This document shows positions 27,801 through 37,051 of a DNA stretch of 64,000 bases, one piece after another. Both the position numbers and the translations under genes were made by a program. Position 1 is the stretch's first letter; each line of letters begins with the position of its first letter. The DNA lies in NCBI GenBank assembly GCA_964452555.1, contig CAYVMI010000018.1, positions 32,329 to 96,328 on the forward strand. Direction: 5' to 3'. A model generated the notes under the pieces. The model did no database searches, was not told the origin of the DNA, and was given only the letters and a program-made list of their open reading frames with translations. The stretch comes from an uncultured Desulfobacterales bacterium. GTDB lineage: Bacteria; Desulfobacterota; Desulfobacteria; Desulfobacterales; B30-G6.

Positions 27801-29253
27801 CCCCATGTTCATGGAAACCCTTGAAGCCTGCGGCCTGAACAAGTACCTGTTTGAAATGGCCAATATCCGCAACCAAAACTCATGGGTGCATGCCAATAAT
27901 CCGGATATCGCCACCCAAAAGGCCAAAGACCTGGTTCGCATGGCAGTGGCGCGGTCGGAACGATTGAGACCCCTCAAGGAAAAAATAATTGGGGTCAACA
28001 AGCGCGCCCTGATAATTGGCGGCGGAATCGCCGGCATGAATGCGGCTCTGCATATCAGTAAGCAAGGTATGCCGGTGACGCTGCTGGAAAAGAACAAAGA
28101 GCTGGGCGGCATGGCTAATAAACTTCACCATACCATCGAGGGAGCCGACATCCAGGCCTATATCAAGGAATTGATCGAAAAAGTCAGCGCACGTGAGGAA
28201 ATCGAAATCCTGACCGATGCGGTGGTCCTGACTTTTGACGGATTCCAGGGCAACTTTGCCACCGAAGTGGGTGTGGGGCCCATGCGTGAACCCCAGGTTA
28301 TCGAACATGGCGTCATTCTGGTAGCCACAGGGGCCAATGAATATCAGCCCACGGAATTTCTGTATGGCCAGGACGACCGTGTCAAGACCCAGGTGGAGCT
28401 GGCCGATGCCCTGCACCAGGGCTCCACCGGAGATCTGGATTGCGTGGCCATGATCCAATGCGTAGGATCGCGCAACGAAGATAATCCCAACTGCTCTCGC
28501 ATCTGCTGCCAATCGGCGGTTAAAAATGCCCTGACCATCAAGAAAGCCAACCCCGAAACACAGGTTTTCGTACTCTATCGGGATATGCGCACCTACGGCC
28601 TTTTGGAGGATTACTATACCGAAGCGCGCAAACAAGGCGTTATCTTCGTACGCTTTGACAAGACCGAACCTCCGGTTGTTGAGTCTGCTGACGAGGGTCT
28701 GCTGATCACGGTAAAGGATCATGTATTGCAGCAGCCGATCCAGATCCGTGCCGACCTTCTGGCCCTGAGCGCCGGGGTTGCGGCCGCGGACACCGAGGAT
28801 ATGAGCCGCATCATGAAGCTCAACCGCAATCCCGAGGGCTTTTTTATTGAAGCCCACGTCAAACTCAGACCGGTGGATATGGGCAGCGACGGCACCTTCC
28901 TGTGCGGTACCGCCCATGCCCCCAAGCTAATTACCGAAACCATCGCCCAGGCTCAGGCGGCGGCTTCACGCGCCATGACTTTCCTGGCCAAGGATGAAAT
29001 CAAGCTTTCGGCCATAACAGCCCAGGTGGATGTGGAACACTGTGTGAAATGTCTCACCTGCGTGCGGTCGTGTCCCTTTGAGGTACCCAAGTTTGATATC
29101 GAAAAAGGCGAAATCGTAATCGACGAGGCCATGTGCCACGGCTGCGGTGTTTGCGCCTCGGTTTGTCCCAGACAGACCATCAGTTTAAATTTTTATGAAG
29201 ACGACCAGATTATCTGTAAAATAGATGCTCTGCTTGCAGGAGGCGTTTCATGA
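24820..29253 (+). CDS. Giant HdrA-like flavoprotein (HdrL-type: two HdrA modules + inserted GltD/NfnB-like NAD(P)H module + ferredoxin domains), selenoprotein with UGA-Sec at 24997..24999
   Basis: Track ORFs 24757..24999 and 25342..29253 are in the same frame with no other stop between them. Sequence reads ...[18 protein letters not shown]... where HdrA has CxxC. ATG 24820 has AGGAGA upstream. [19 protein letters not shown] and [10 protein letters not shown] dinucleotide folds; CVGSRD/CVGSRN HdrA motifs. Confidence 0.85.
25021..25038 (+). promoter_or_regulatory. Weak candidate SECIS hairpin for the HdrL UGA
   Basis: gaggu(c)-ggccg-(g)caucuc, 21 nt after UGA; imperfect. Confidence 0.3.
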
Positions 29254-29672
29254 CCGACTTTGAACCGACCATTATCGCATTTTGCTGTGATTACTGAGGA
29301 TATTCGGCCGCGGACCTGGCAGGTTCCATGCGACTCGATTATCCGGCAAACATCAAGATTATCCGTGTGCCCTGCACCGGAAAAGTAGACGTAATGTATC
29401 TCCTCAGATCGATCCAAAAAGGCGCCGACGGCGTGTATGTGGTCGGCTGTCTGGAGGGGACTTGTCATTATAAGGAAGGCAACTTCAGGGCCCGCGAGCG
29501 GGTCAATTATGTGCGCTCGCTCCTGGAGGAAATAGGCCTTGAAGCTGATAGGGTTAGAATGTATAATCTCTCTTCTGGCGAAGGGCCGACGTTTGCGGCT
29601 TATGCCAGGGAAATGACGGAAAATATCAAGGCGCTGGGTCCCAATCCCATCAAGGAAAAGGACCAAGCCTAA
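29250..29672 (+). CDS. mvhD: MvhD/VhuD-like protein, selenoprotein with UGA-Sec at 29295..29297
   Basis: ATG 29250 overlaps the HdrL stop (ATGA). [25 protein letters not shown] matches the FCCNWC motif with Sec at the third Cys. Same frame as track ORF 29328..29672. Confidence 0.85.
29312..29327 (+). promoter_or_regulatory. Candidate SECIS hairpin for the mvhD UGA
   Basis: ggacc-uggca-gg(u)ucc with bulged U, 14 nt after UGA. Confidence 0.45.
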
Positions 29673-29687
29673 AACGGAGGAACAATT

Positions 29688-31007
29688 ATGGCTCAAGAAG
29701 CAATCAAGTTGGGCGGGAAAAAGAAAAGCATTTTCCTGGACAAAGTTAAAGAGCTTCTCCCCGAAGGGGGAAACCTCAATCTTTGTCTGACATGTGGAGC
29801 ATGCTCTTCCGGATGCCCGGCCACAGGTATCGGCGGAATGGATCCCCGAAAATTCCTACGCATGGCCGCACTGGGAATGGATGAAGAAATCATGAAATCG
29901 GAATGGGTATGGTGGTGCAGCATGTGTCAGCGCTGCATTTATGTGTGCCCCATGAAAATCGACATACCCCAGCTGGTTTTTAATGCCCGCGGATCATGGC
30001 CCCGGGAAGAACGACCCAAGGGAATTGTCGGTTCCTGTGACATGGCCCTGCGCAACGACACCTGCAGCGCCATGGGTGCCACCGAAGAGGACTTTCAGTT
30101 CGTGGTGGAAGATGTGCTCGAGGAATATCAGGAAAGTCAACCCGAATTCGCCGACATGCTAGCCCCCGTCAACAAAGAGGGTGCTCATTATTTCCTGAAC
30201 CAGAATTCACGTGAACCGGTTACCGAACCGGACGAAATGGTGCCGCTCTGGAAAATTCTGCACCTGGCGGGTGCCGACTGGACCTATGGAACCAAGGGTT
30301 GGGCCGCCGAGAACTATTGCATGTTCATGGCCGATACCAAAAACTGGGAACACATTGTGCGGGTAAAAGCCAAAGCCGTCGACGATCTAGGCTGCAAGGT
30401 CTGGCTCAACACCGAGTGAGGGCACGAACTTTTCGCAGTCCGGGCCGGACTGAAAAAATTCAATATCGAACATAATTTCGAAATCCAGAGTATCATTCAG
30501 CTTTATGCCCAGTGGGTCCGCGAGGGCAAACTCAAGGTCAACTCCGATTGGAACAAGGAACGCCAGATCAAGTTCACCGTCCAGGACCCCTGTCAATTGG
30601 TGCGTAAAACCTATGGCGACCCGGTTGCCGATGACCTGCGATACGTGGTCAAGGCGGTTGGGGGGGAAGAAAACTTCGTAGAAATGTATCCCAACCGCTC
30701 CAACAACTATTGTTGCGGCGGCGGCGGCGGATTCCTGCAAAGCGGATATCCGGAAGAACGGCGGGCCTATGGCAAGTGCAAGGCCGACCAGATCCTGGGC
30801 ACAGGGGCCGCTTACTGCATTACCCCGTGCCATAACTGCCACGCCCAGGTTCACGATCTATCAGAGCAGCGCGACCATCCGTGGGAAACCCTGCATCTGT
30901 GGACATTGATCTGTCTGTCTCTGGGTATACTGGGCCCCAATGAAAGGGCTTACCTGGGGGATGATCTCAAAGATGTCGACGTATTTCATCCTGAATCGGA
31001 GATGTAG
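29688..31007 (+). CDS. HdrD-like FeS protein (2x[4Fe-4S] + two CCG domains), selenoprotein with UGA-Sec at 30417..30419
   Basis: Track ORFs 29688..30419 and 30597..31007 share a frame, and the 177 nt between them has no stop. CLTCGACSSGCP and CSMCQRCIYVCP motifs, then ...KVWLNTE-U-GHELF..., then DPCQ...NYCCGGGGG...TPCHNCH. Confidence 0.8.
30431..30458 (+). promoter_or_regulatory. Candidate SECIS hairpin for the HdrD-like UGA
   Basis: cagtccg-ggc-cggactg perfect 7-bp stem (30436..30452), extended by tttt/aaaa; starts 17 nt after UGA. Confidence 0.6.
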
Positions 31008-31015
31008 GAGGAAAC

Positions 31016-31687
31016 ATGATAGTCGCCAAAAGGAAACCTTTTGATGAAATAAAAGAGCTGATCAAGGACCACAAAAAGGTCCTCATCGCCGGCTGCGGCA
31101 CCTGTGTGGCTGTCTGCCTGGCTGGCGGTGAAAAAGAAGTCGATGTCCTCAATGCAGAGCTCGACATGGCTCGGAAGCTGGACAACGATCCCATCAAGAC
31201 CGGCACCATCACTGTGGAAAGACAGTGCGATGTGGAATACCTGGAACCTTTTGATCCCATCGCCAAGGATTATGATGCCATCTTATCCATGGCCTGCGGG
31301 GTTGGTATTCAGTTTTTGGCCGAACGCTTTCCCGGAATTCCGGTCTATCCGGCGGTAGACACCACCGGCATGTCGGCCAACCTGGCTGTGGGCTGGTACG
31401 AAGAACGCTGCCGCTCCTGCGGTGAATGTGTTCTGGGAATGACCGGCGGCATATGCCCCGTCACCATGTGTGCCAAGGGACTTTACAACGGTCCCTGTGG
31501 TGGTACCAATGAGGGGAATTGTGAAATCAGCGACGATCAACCCTGTGCCTGGTTCCGAATCTACGAACGCCTGGCCACCCAAGATCGTCTGGACTGTATT
31601 CTGAATATCAAGGAGCCCGTGGGCTGGGACGACCAGGTACCGCGAACTTTGATTCAACCAGGATATAAAAAGCCAGAACAAGATTAA
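31016..31687 (+). CDS. metV: MetV-type methylenetetrahydrofolate reductase C-terminal-domain protein (Cys-rich small subunit)
   Basis: 223 aa; LIAGCGTCVAVC ... CRSCGECVL ... CPVTMCAKGLYNGPCGG; immediately upstream of metF. Confidence 0.8.
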   Translation: MIVAKRKPFDEIKELIKDHKKVLIAGCGTCVAVCLAGGEKEVDVLNAELDMARKLDNDPIKTGTITVERQCDVEYLEPFDPIAKDYDAILSMACGVGIQFLAERFPGIPVYPAVDTTGMSANLAVGWYEERCRSCGECVLGMTGGICPVTMCAKGLYNGPCGGTNEGNCEISDDQPCAWFRIYERLATQDRLDCILNIKEPVGWDDQVPRTLIQPGYKKPEQD

Positions 31688-31735
31688 CAGGTCTCATGGA
31701 GTGAATGACCTCATATACGACATAAGGTGATGCAT

Positions 31736-32680
31736 ATGAGCACAGAGGGAAACGGTTTTAAGTCAGATAGCAACTTGGAAAAGATTTTGCGGGCCGGTCA
31801 TTTCGCCTTTACCGGCGAACTCGGTCCCCCCCGAGGATCCGATGCGGTTGAGGTTCGTGAAAAAGCCAAGCATTTAAAGGGTATGGTAGATGCGGTTAAC
31901 ATCACCGACAACCAGACCGCCATGGTGCGTATGTCCAGCTGGGCCGCCAGTCTTTTGATCATGCAGGAAGGTCTCGAACCCAATTATCAGATGGTCTGCC
32001 GTGACCGCAATCGCTTGGCCATGCAGTCCGATATCTTAGGCGCTTACGCCCACGGCGTTCGCAACATGCTGTGTCTTTCCGGTGATCATCAAAAATTCGG
32101 TGATCATCCCAACGCCAAAGGCGTTTTCGATATTGATTCGATCCAACTCATCAGTATGGTCAAAAAAATGCGGGATGAGAGTAAATTTTTGGGCGGGGCC
32201 GAGTTGGAAGGCGCCCCTAAAATGTTTATTGGCGCAGCCGCAAACCCCTTTGCCGATCCGTTTGAATGGCGTGTTCACCGTTTGGCTAAAAAAATTCAAG
32301 CCGGTGTTGATTTTATCCAGACCCAGTGTATTTACAACATGGATAAATTTCGCAAGTTCATCAAACAGGCCAACGACATGGGACTAACCGAAAAGGTGTA
32401 CATCCTGGCCGGTGTCACCCCCATGAAGAGTGTCGGTATGGCCAAGTACATGAAGAGCAAGGTGCCCGGTATGGACGTCCCCGATGACATTATCAAGCGC
32501 CTCCAAGGCGCGGAAAAAGGTAAAGTTGCGGCCGAGGGTATCAAGATCGCCTGCGAGCAGATCGAAGAGTTTAAAGAAATGCAAGGCGTTGCCGGCGTCC
32601 ATCTAATGGCAATTGAATGGGAACATAAAGTCCCGGAAATCGCAGAACAGGCTAAGGTGCTGCCTCGCCCAGAGGTATAA
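31736..32680 (+). CDS. metF: Methylenetetrahydrofolate reductase
   Basis: ...FTGELGPPRG...VNITDNQ...LCLSGDH... MTHFR motifs; ATG 31736 preferred (AAGGTG 6 nt upstream) over track start 31727. Confidence 0.9.
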   Translation: MSTEGNGFKSDSNLEKILRAGHFAFTGELGPPRGSDAVEVREKAKHLKGMVDAVNITDNQTAMVRMSSWAASLLIMQEGLEPNYQMVCRDRNRLAMQSDILGAYAHGVRNMLCLSGDHQKFGDHPNAKGVFDIDSIQLISMVKKMRDESKFLGGAELEGAPKMFIGAAANPFADPFEWRVHRLAKKIQAGVDFIQTQCIYNMDKFRKFIKQANDMGLTEKVYILAGVTPMKSVGMAKYMKSKVPGMDVPDDIIKRLQGAEKGKVAAEGIKIACEQIEEFKEMQGVAGVHLMAIEWEHKVPEIAEQAKVLPRPEV

Positions 32681-32699
32681 CAATTATGAAAGGAGTGTC

Positions 32700-33242
32700 A
32701 TGAAAACATCACGTTTGATCAGCGTTTTTGTTCTCGTAGGGGTTCTAATGGCAAGTCCGCTAATGGCCAAAGATTTAAAAGGTAATCTGGGTGTCGGTTT
32801 CAACTCTCAATTCAGCCCCCATGGCGTGGACGCCATCTCCGGCAAATATTGGATCAACAATGAACTGGCGGTTCAGGGTCTCCTGGGATTCAGTTACTCC
32901 GACTCGCGCGACGTAATTGATTTGGGTGGCAGGGTATATTTCAAAATCAAGGACGAAGAAAACCTGCATGTGGATGCCATTGGCGGCCTCGGCTTCGCCC
33001 GTGTTGATCCGGATGAAGGCGACTCAGAAACCGCCACGTGGTTTAGTTTTGGGGTGGGTATCGAGTATTTCTTCAGCGGCCTCCCCAATCTCGGTTTTTC
33101 CACCGAGGTGGGTTTAACCATCAGGGATTACGAAGATGACACTTCCTTTGGAACCATGGCCGATTCCTTTATCGGTGCCGGCATCCACTACTACTTCGAT
33201 TTTATGTCGCCGACGGTTAAAAAGCCGGCGGAAACAGAGTAA
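32700..33242 (+). CDS. Small outer-membrane beta-barrel protein
   Basis: Internal start MKTSRLISVFVLVGVLMASPLMA (signal peptide, AAAGGAG upstream); alternating beta-strand pattern, C-terminal aromatic-rich strand. Confidence 0.7.
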   Translation: MKTSRLISVFVLVGVLMASPLMAKDLKGNLGVGFNSQFSPHGVDAISGKYWINNELAVQGLLGFSYSDSRDVIDLGGRVYFKIKDEENLHVDAIGGLGFARVDPDEGDSETATWFSFGVGIEYFFSGLPNLGFSTEVGLTIRDYEDDTSFGTMADSFIGAGIHYYFDFMSPTVKKPAETE

Positions 33243-33352
33243 CGAAAGGGTTTAGGGTTGAAGGGGTGAAGGGTGCCATTAGCTGATAGCAATCAGTTAA
33301 TAGCGAAATTCTCATTTCCTAAGGCTATTTTAAAATCCCGATTCAATCACTC

Positions 33353-33392
33353 AAAAAGCCATAGGCGATTGCCTATGGCTTTTTTGCTTTTT
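33353..33392 (+). terminator. Rho-independent terminator of the hdr-met-OMP transcription unit
   Basis: agccataggc-gatt-gcctatggct + tttttgcttttt. Confidence 0.8.
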
Positions 33393-33504
33393 ACCGAAAA
33401 CGACCCTTTAAATCCTCCAAATCCCCAACCCTAAGACCCTCAGATTCTTACCCTTTAATCCTTGAACCCGATTGACGACAGATAAGCTTTTAACTACGGA
33501 TAAA

Positions 33505-33560
33505 ATAGAAAAGCCATAAGCGGTCAGCGATCAGCTGCTCACTGCTTATGGCTTTTTGCT
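33505..33560. terminator. Bidirectional terminator (serves fdhA on the minus strand)
   Basis: agccataagc-(22 nt)-gcttatggct with T-runs on both strands. Confidence 0.65.
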
Positions 33561-33627
33561 TAATGCTTCTCTTTAGACCACCCTTAAACCCTACAAACCT
33601 CCAACCCTTCAACCCTCTCGAAAGCAG

Positions 33628-36399
33628 CTACGCCGCTTTCGAAATTCGGACCGCACAAACCTTGAGTTCGGGGATTCCGGAAACCGGATCCAGAGCAGCG
33701 TTGGTTAGTTTGTTGGCAGCTGCCTGGGCATAATGAAAAGGAATGAAAATCGTGCCCGGCACTGCCTGGTCAGAAACTTTAACGGCGGCCTCAAGATCTC
33801 CACGACGAGATTCTACTTTTACCATGGCGCCATCTTCCAGTTCATAGTTACGCGCGTCCTCAGACGATATTTCCACGTAACAAGCCGGAGCGCGCTCATT
33901 CAAGCCATCTGATTTCATGGTCATGGTGCCGGTATGGTAGTGATACAGGATCCGGCCGGTGGTCAGGGACAGCGGATAATCCGCGTCGATCTTTTCAGCG
34001 GGACCGTTGTAATCAATGGGATGCATGAGGCCTTTGCCGCGGGTGAACTGCTCTCTATGTAGAATCGGTGTCCCGGGGTGGTCTTTGCTGGGACAAGGCC
34101 AGTGCAGCCCCACCGCTTCGATGCGCTCATAATCGATCCCGGCATATGACGGGGTAACCGCGGCCAGTTCCTGCATAATGTCCTGGCTGGTATCGTAGGA
34201 CATGGCCACCCCCATACGCGTGGCTATCTCAGCCGTAATTTCCCAATCATCCTTGGCCTGGCCGGGAGCATCCACGGCTTTGCGTATACGCTGAACGCGC
34301 CGTTCACTGTTGGTGAAGGTACCTTCCTTTTCGGCAAAACATTTGGAGGGCAGTACCACATCCGCCAGTTGAGCCGTCTCGGTCATGAAAATATCCTGCA
34401 CCACCAAAAAGTCGAGATTTGTGAAACATTTTTCGGCATGATTCAAATCCGCATCCGACACCATCGGATTTTCACCCAGGATATACAAACCTTTGAATTC
34501 GCCGTCATGCGCTTTGGGCAGCATTTTGGTAATCGTCAATCCAGGCTCCGTGGAAATCCCGCTCACGCCCCAGGCGGTCTCCATTTTTTTGGCGGCTTCT
34601 AAGTCGGTCACCGGCTGGTAGCCGGAAAATACATTGGGAAGTCCGCCCATGTCGCAGGCGCCCTGGACGTTGTTTTGACCCCGTAAAGGATTGACACCGC
34701 CCCCTTCCACACCCATGTGACCGCAAAGCATGGCCAGATTGGCCAATGATTTCACATTATCGGTGCCATTGGTATGCTGGGTAATTCCCATGCAATAACA
34801 GATGCTGCCGGCCTTGGCCTGGGCATACGCTCTGGCAGCCTCGGCCAACTGCGCCTGGGGAATGCCCGTAATCTCTTCCACATAAGCCGGTGTATACTCG
34901 GCCACTGTTTTTCTGAGATCTTCGAATCCCTCGGTCCGTTTCTCAACAAAGTCCTGGTCATACAGGGCTTCATTGATGATGACATTCATCATGCCGTTGA
35001 TCCAGGCCACATCGGTACCCAGATTTTGACGCAACCAATAATGGGCAAATGAAGCCATCTTGATAAAACGCGGATCCACGACGATAAGCTTGGCACCATT
35101 GAAGCTGACCGCCCGTTTGATAAACGATGAAAGCACCGGATGGTTTTCGGTGGTATTGGATCCGGTAACCAAGATTACATCGGCCTTCTCGATTTCGCCA
35201 ATGGTATTTGTCATGGCGCCACTTCCGAATGCTGCAGCCAGACCGGCTACGGTGGAGGAATGTCAGAGCCGGGCGCAATGATCGATATTGTTGGTTTTTA
35301 ATACTCCCCGGGCAAATTTGTTGGCCAAGTAATTTTCTTCATTGGAAATCCGAGCCGAGGTGAGCACCCCCAGGCTGTCTGAGCCGTGGGATTCTTTGAT
35401 TTCACTGAATCGCTTGGCAACCAAATCCAGGGCTTCATCCCAGGTAGCCTTGCGAAAGCTGCCGTTCTCTTTGATCATGGGGTCGGTCAGTCGCTCGGGT
35501 GAATGAATAAAGTCGTATCCGAAGCGGCCTTTGACGCAGAGGCTGCCGTAGTTGGGTGCGGCCCCCTCCACACCGCTGACCTTGACCACCCGGTTGTCTT
35601 TGACATGCAGATAAAGCTGGCAGCCCACACCGCAATAGGAGCAGGTTGTACGGACCTTCTCGGTTTCCCATTGGCGTACCTGATAGCGGGCATCCTTTTC
35701 CACCAGCGCTCCCACAGGGCAAACCTGCACACATTCGCCACAAAATACACAATCCGAATCCTTGAGGGCCTTGTCCTCTTTACCCGCAATAATTTTGGAC
35801 TGGTTACCGCTATACCCGAACTCAATGGCATTGTTCACCTGGACTTCGTTACACGCCTGAACGCAGCGGCCGCATTTGATACAACGAGAGAAATCCCGGA
35901 TGATAAACGGATTGGCCGTTTCCATTGGATAAGGTGCCTGCGCATCTGCGAAGCGTTTCGGTTCCACCTGGTAACGGTAAGCCAAGTCCTGCAGACGGCA
36001 GTCCCCCCAGACCGGGCACAATTCCGAGCTGTCATCGTACTGCTGAACGTTCATCTGAAACTGGGACCAGTCATCGCTGCTGGTGCCCCGGATGGCGCAG
36101 TTGTGGTTCCCGGTGGACAGCATGAGCTGAATGATGGCCCGGCGCGCGGAAACGACGCGCGCTGATTCCGTCTGGACAATCATACCAGCCTCTGCCAAGG
36201 TGTCACAGGACGGTAGCAGGTCCTCTACACCCTCGACTTCAACCACACATATACGGCAGTTGCCTGTGGGCGCAGCGCCTTTCAGATAGCAAAGGGTGGG
36301 AATATCGATGCTGTTTCGTCTGGCCACGGCCAAGATGGTTTCATCTTTTTCAAAAGCCAAAGAGTTTCCGTTGATGATGATGTTCGGCTGATCACTCAT
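33628..36399 (-). CDS. fdhA: Formate dehydrogenase catalytic subunit with NuoG-like N-terminal [2Fe-2S]/[4Fe-4S] domains; selenoprotein with UGA-Sec at 35263..35265
   Basis: Track ORFs 35263..36420 and 33628..35214 are in frame. Junction reads [29 protein letters not shown], the canonical FdhA Sec site. Start either ATG 36420 or ATG 36399 (GAGGAAG 7 nt upstream). Confidence 0.9.
35234..35250 (-). promoter_or_regulatory. SECIS hairpin of fdhA
   Basis: On the mRNA: GUAGCC-GGUCU-GGCUGC, 12 nt after UGA. The loop GGUCU resembles my recollection of the E. coli fdhF SECIS apex (UGCA-GGUCU-GCA). Confidence 0.75.
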
Positions 36400-36742
36400 A
36401 TACGCTTCCTCTACATTCATTGGTTCCTAGATTCGGGTTATTAACTGAAATTTTTCAGCTGATACAACTCAGGATATGTATCCAAAAGCAATGCTTTTGT
36501 CAATGATGCGCGATACAAAACAAACGGTTGACGTTTTTGTATATCAAGAATTTTATCTTTGTCAAAAATATGTCTTCCTCGCGCGGGAATAAATGTAATG
36601 TCATACCGACAATACTTAACGTTTTCGGACATTTAACTAAAGTTTTATCATAAATTTGCCGATACCATTACGACGGGTATTTGTGGAATAGTCATTGCGT
36701 CCTGTTGCAGGTTGCGTTATAATAATTGTTGTCTCTGATTCG

Positions 36743-37051
36743 ATGTTACCTTTAAAAAAAATATATTTAAAATATATACCTACTCAGGCCCTGGATCCAG
36801 CAGAACCGCGCCACTGGAAAGAAAAGGTCCTGTATAATTTTATCGTCCTCTCGATTCCCCTGCTAGTGGTTCTGATAGTATTTGCCTTACCGCTAATCAT
36901 CGAAAAACAGCTCTGGTTTCTACTGACGGTTGCCCTCAGTGCATTCAGCGCATGCATCCTATCTGGTCCTCAAAAATTCCCTTTACGCTCCGCTCGGCAT
37001 TGGTTTCCCTTCTCATATTCATGTTCGGTATGGCTGTTATTTTTGCTGTAA
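36743..37051 (+). pseudogene. Multi-TM N-terminal fragment, probably the frameshifted 5' part of the downstream hybrid kinase
   Basis: MLPLKKIY...VLSIPLLVVLIVFALPLII...LLTVALSAFSACILSGPQK is hydrophobic up to the A5 run at 36972..36976. Beyond that run the TM-like reading continues only in the kinase frame. Confidence 0.45.

Noticed and set aside
26143-28917. Very long minus-strand ORFs (577 aa and 345 aa) antisense to the HdrL gene
   Set aside because: No recognisable motifs, Gly/Arg/His-rich composition typical of antisense frames, and the plus strand carries dense HdrA/GltD motifs. The same reasoning applies to antisense ORFs 5404..6108, 15704..16339, 17136..18026, 19307..20200, 20249..20929 and 35503..36165.
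36441-36632. 63-aa ORF just upstream of fdhA
   Set aside because: AT-rich promoter-like region, no SD, no motifs. More likely the regulatory region, which contains tttgtcaa repeats and the atacaaaa-N13-ttttgtat inverted repeat.
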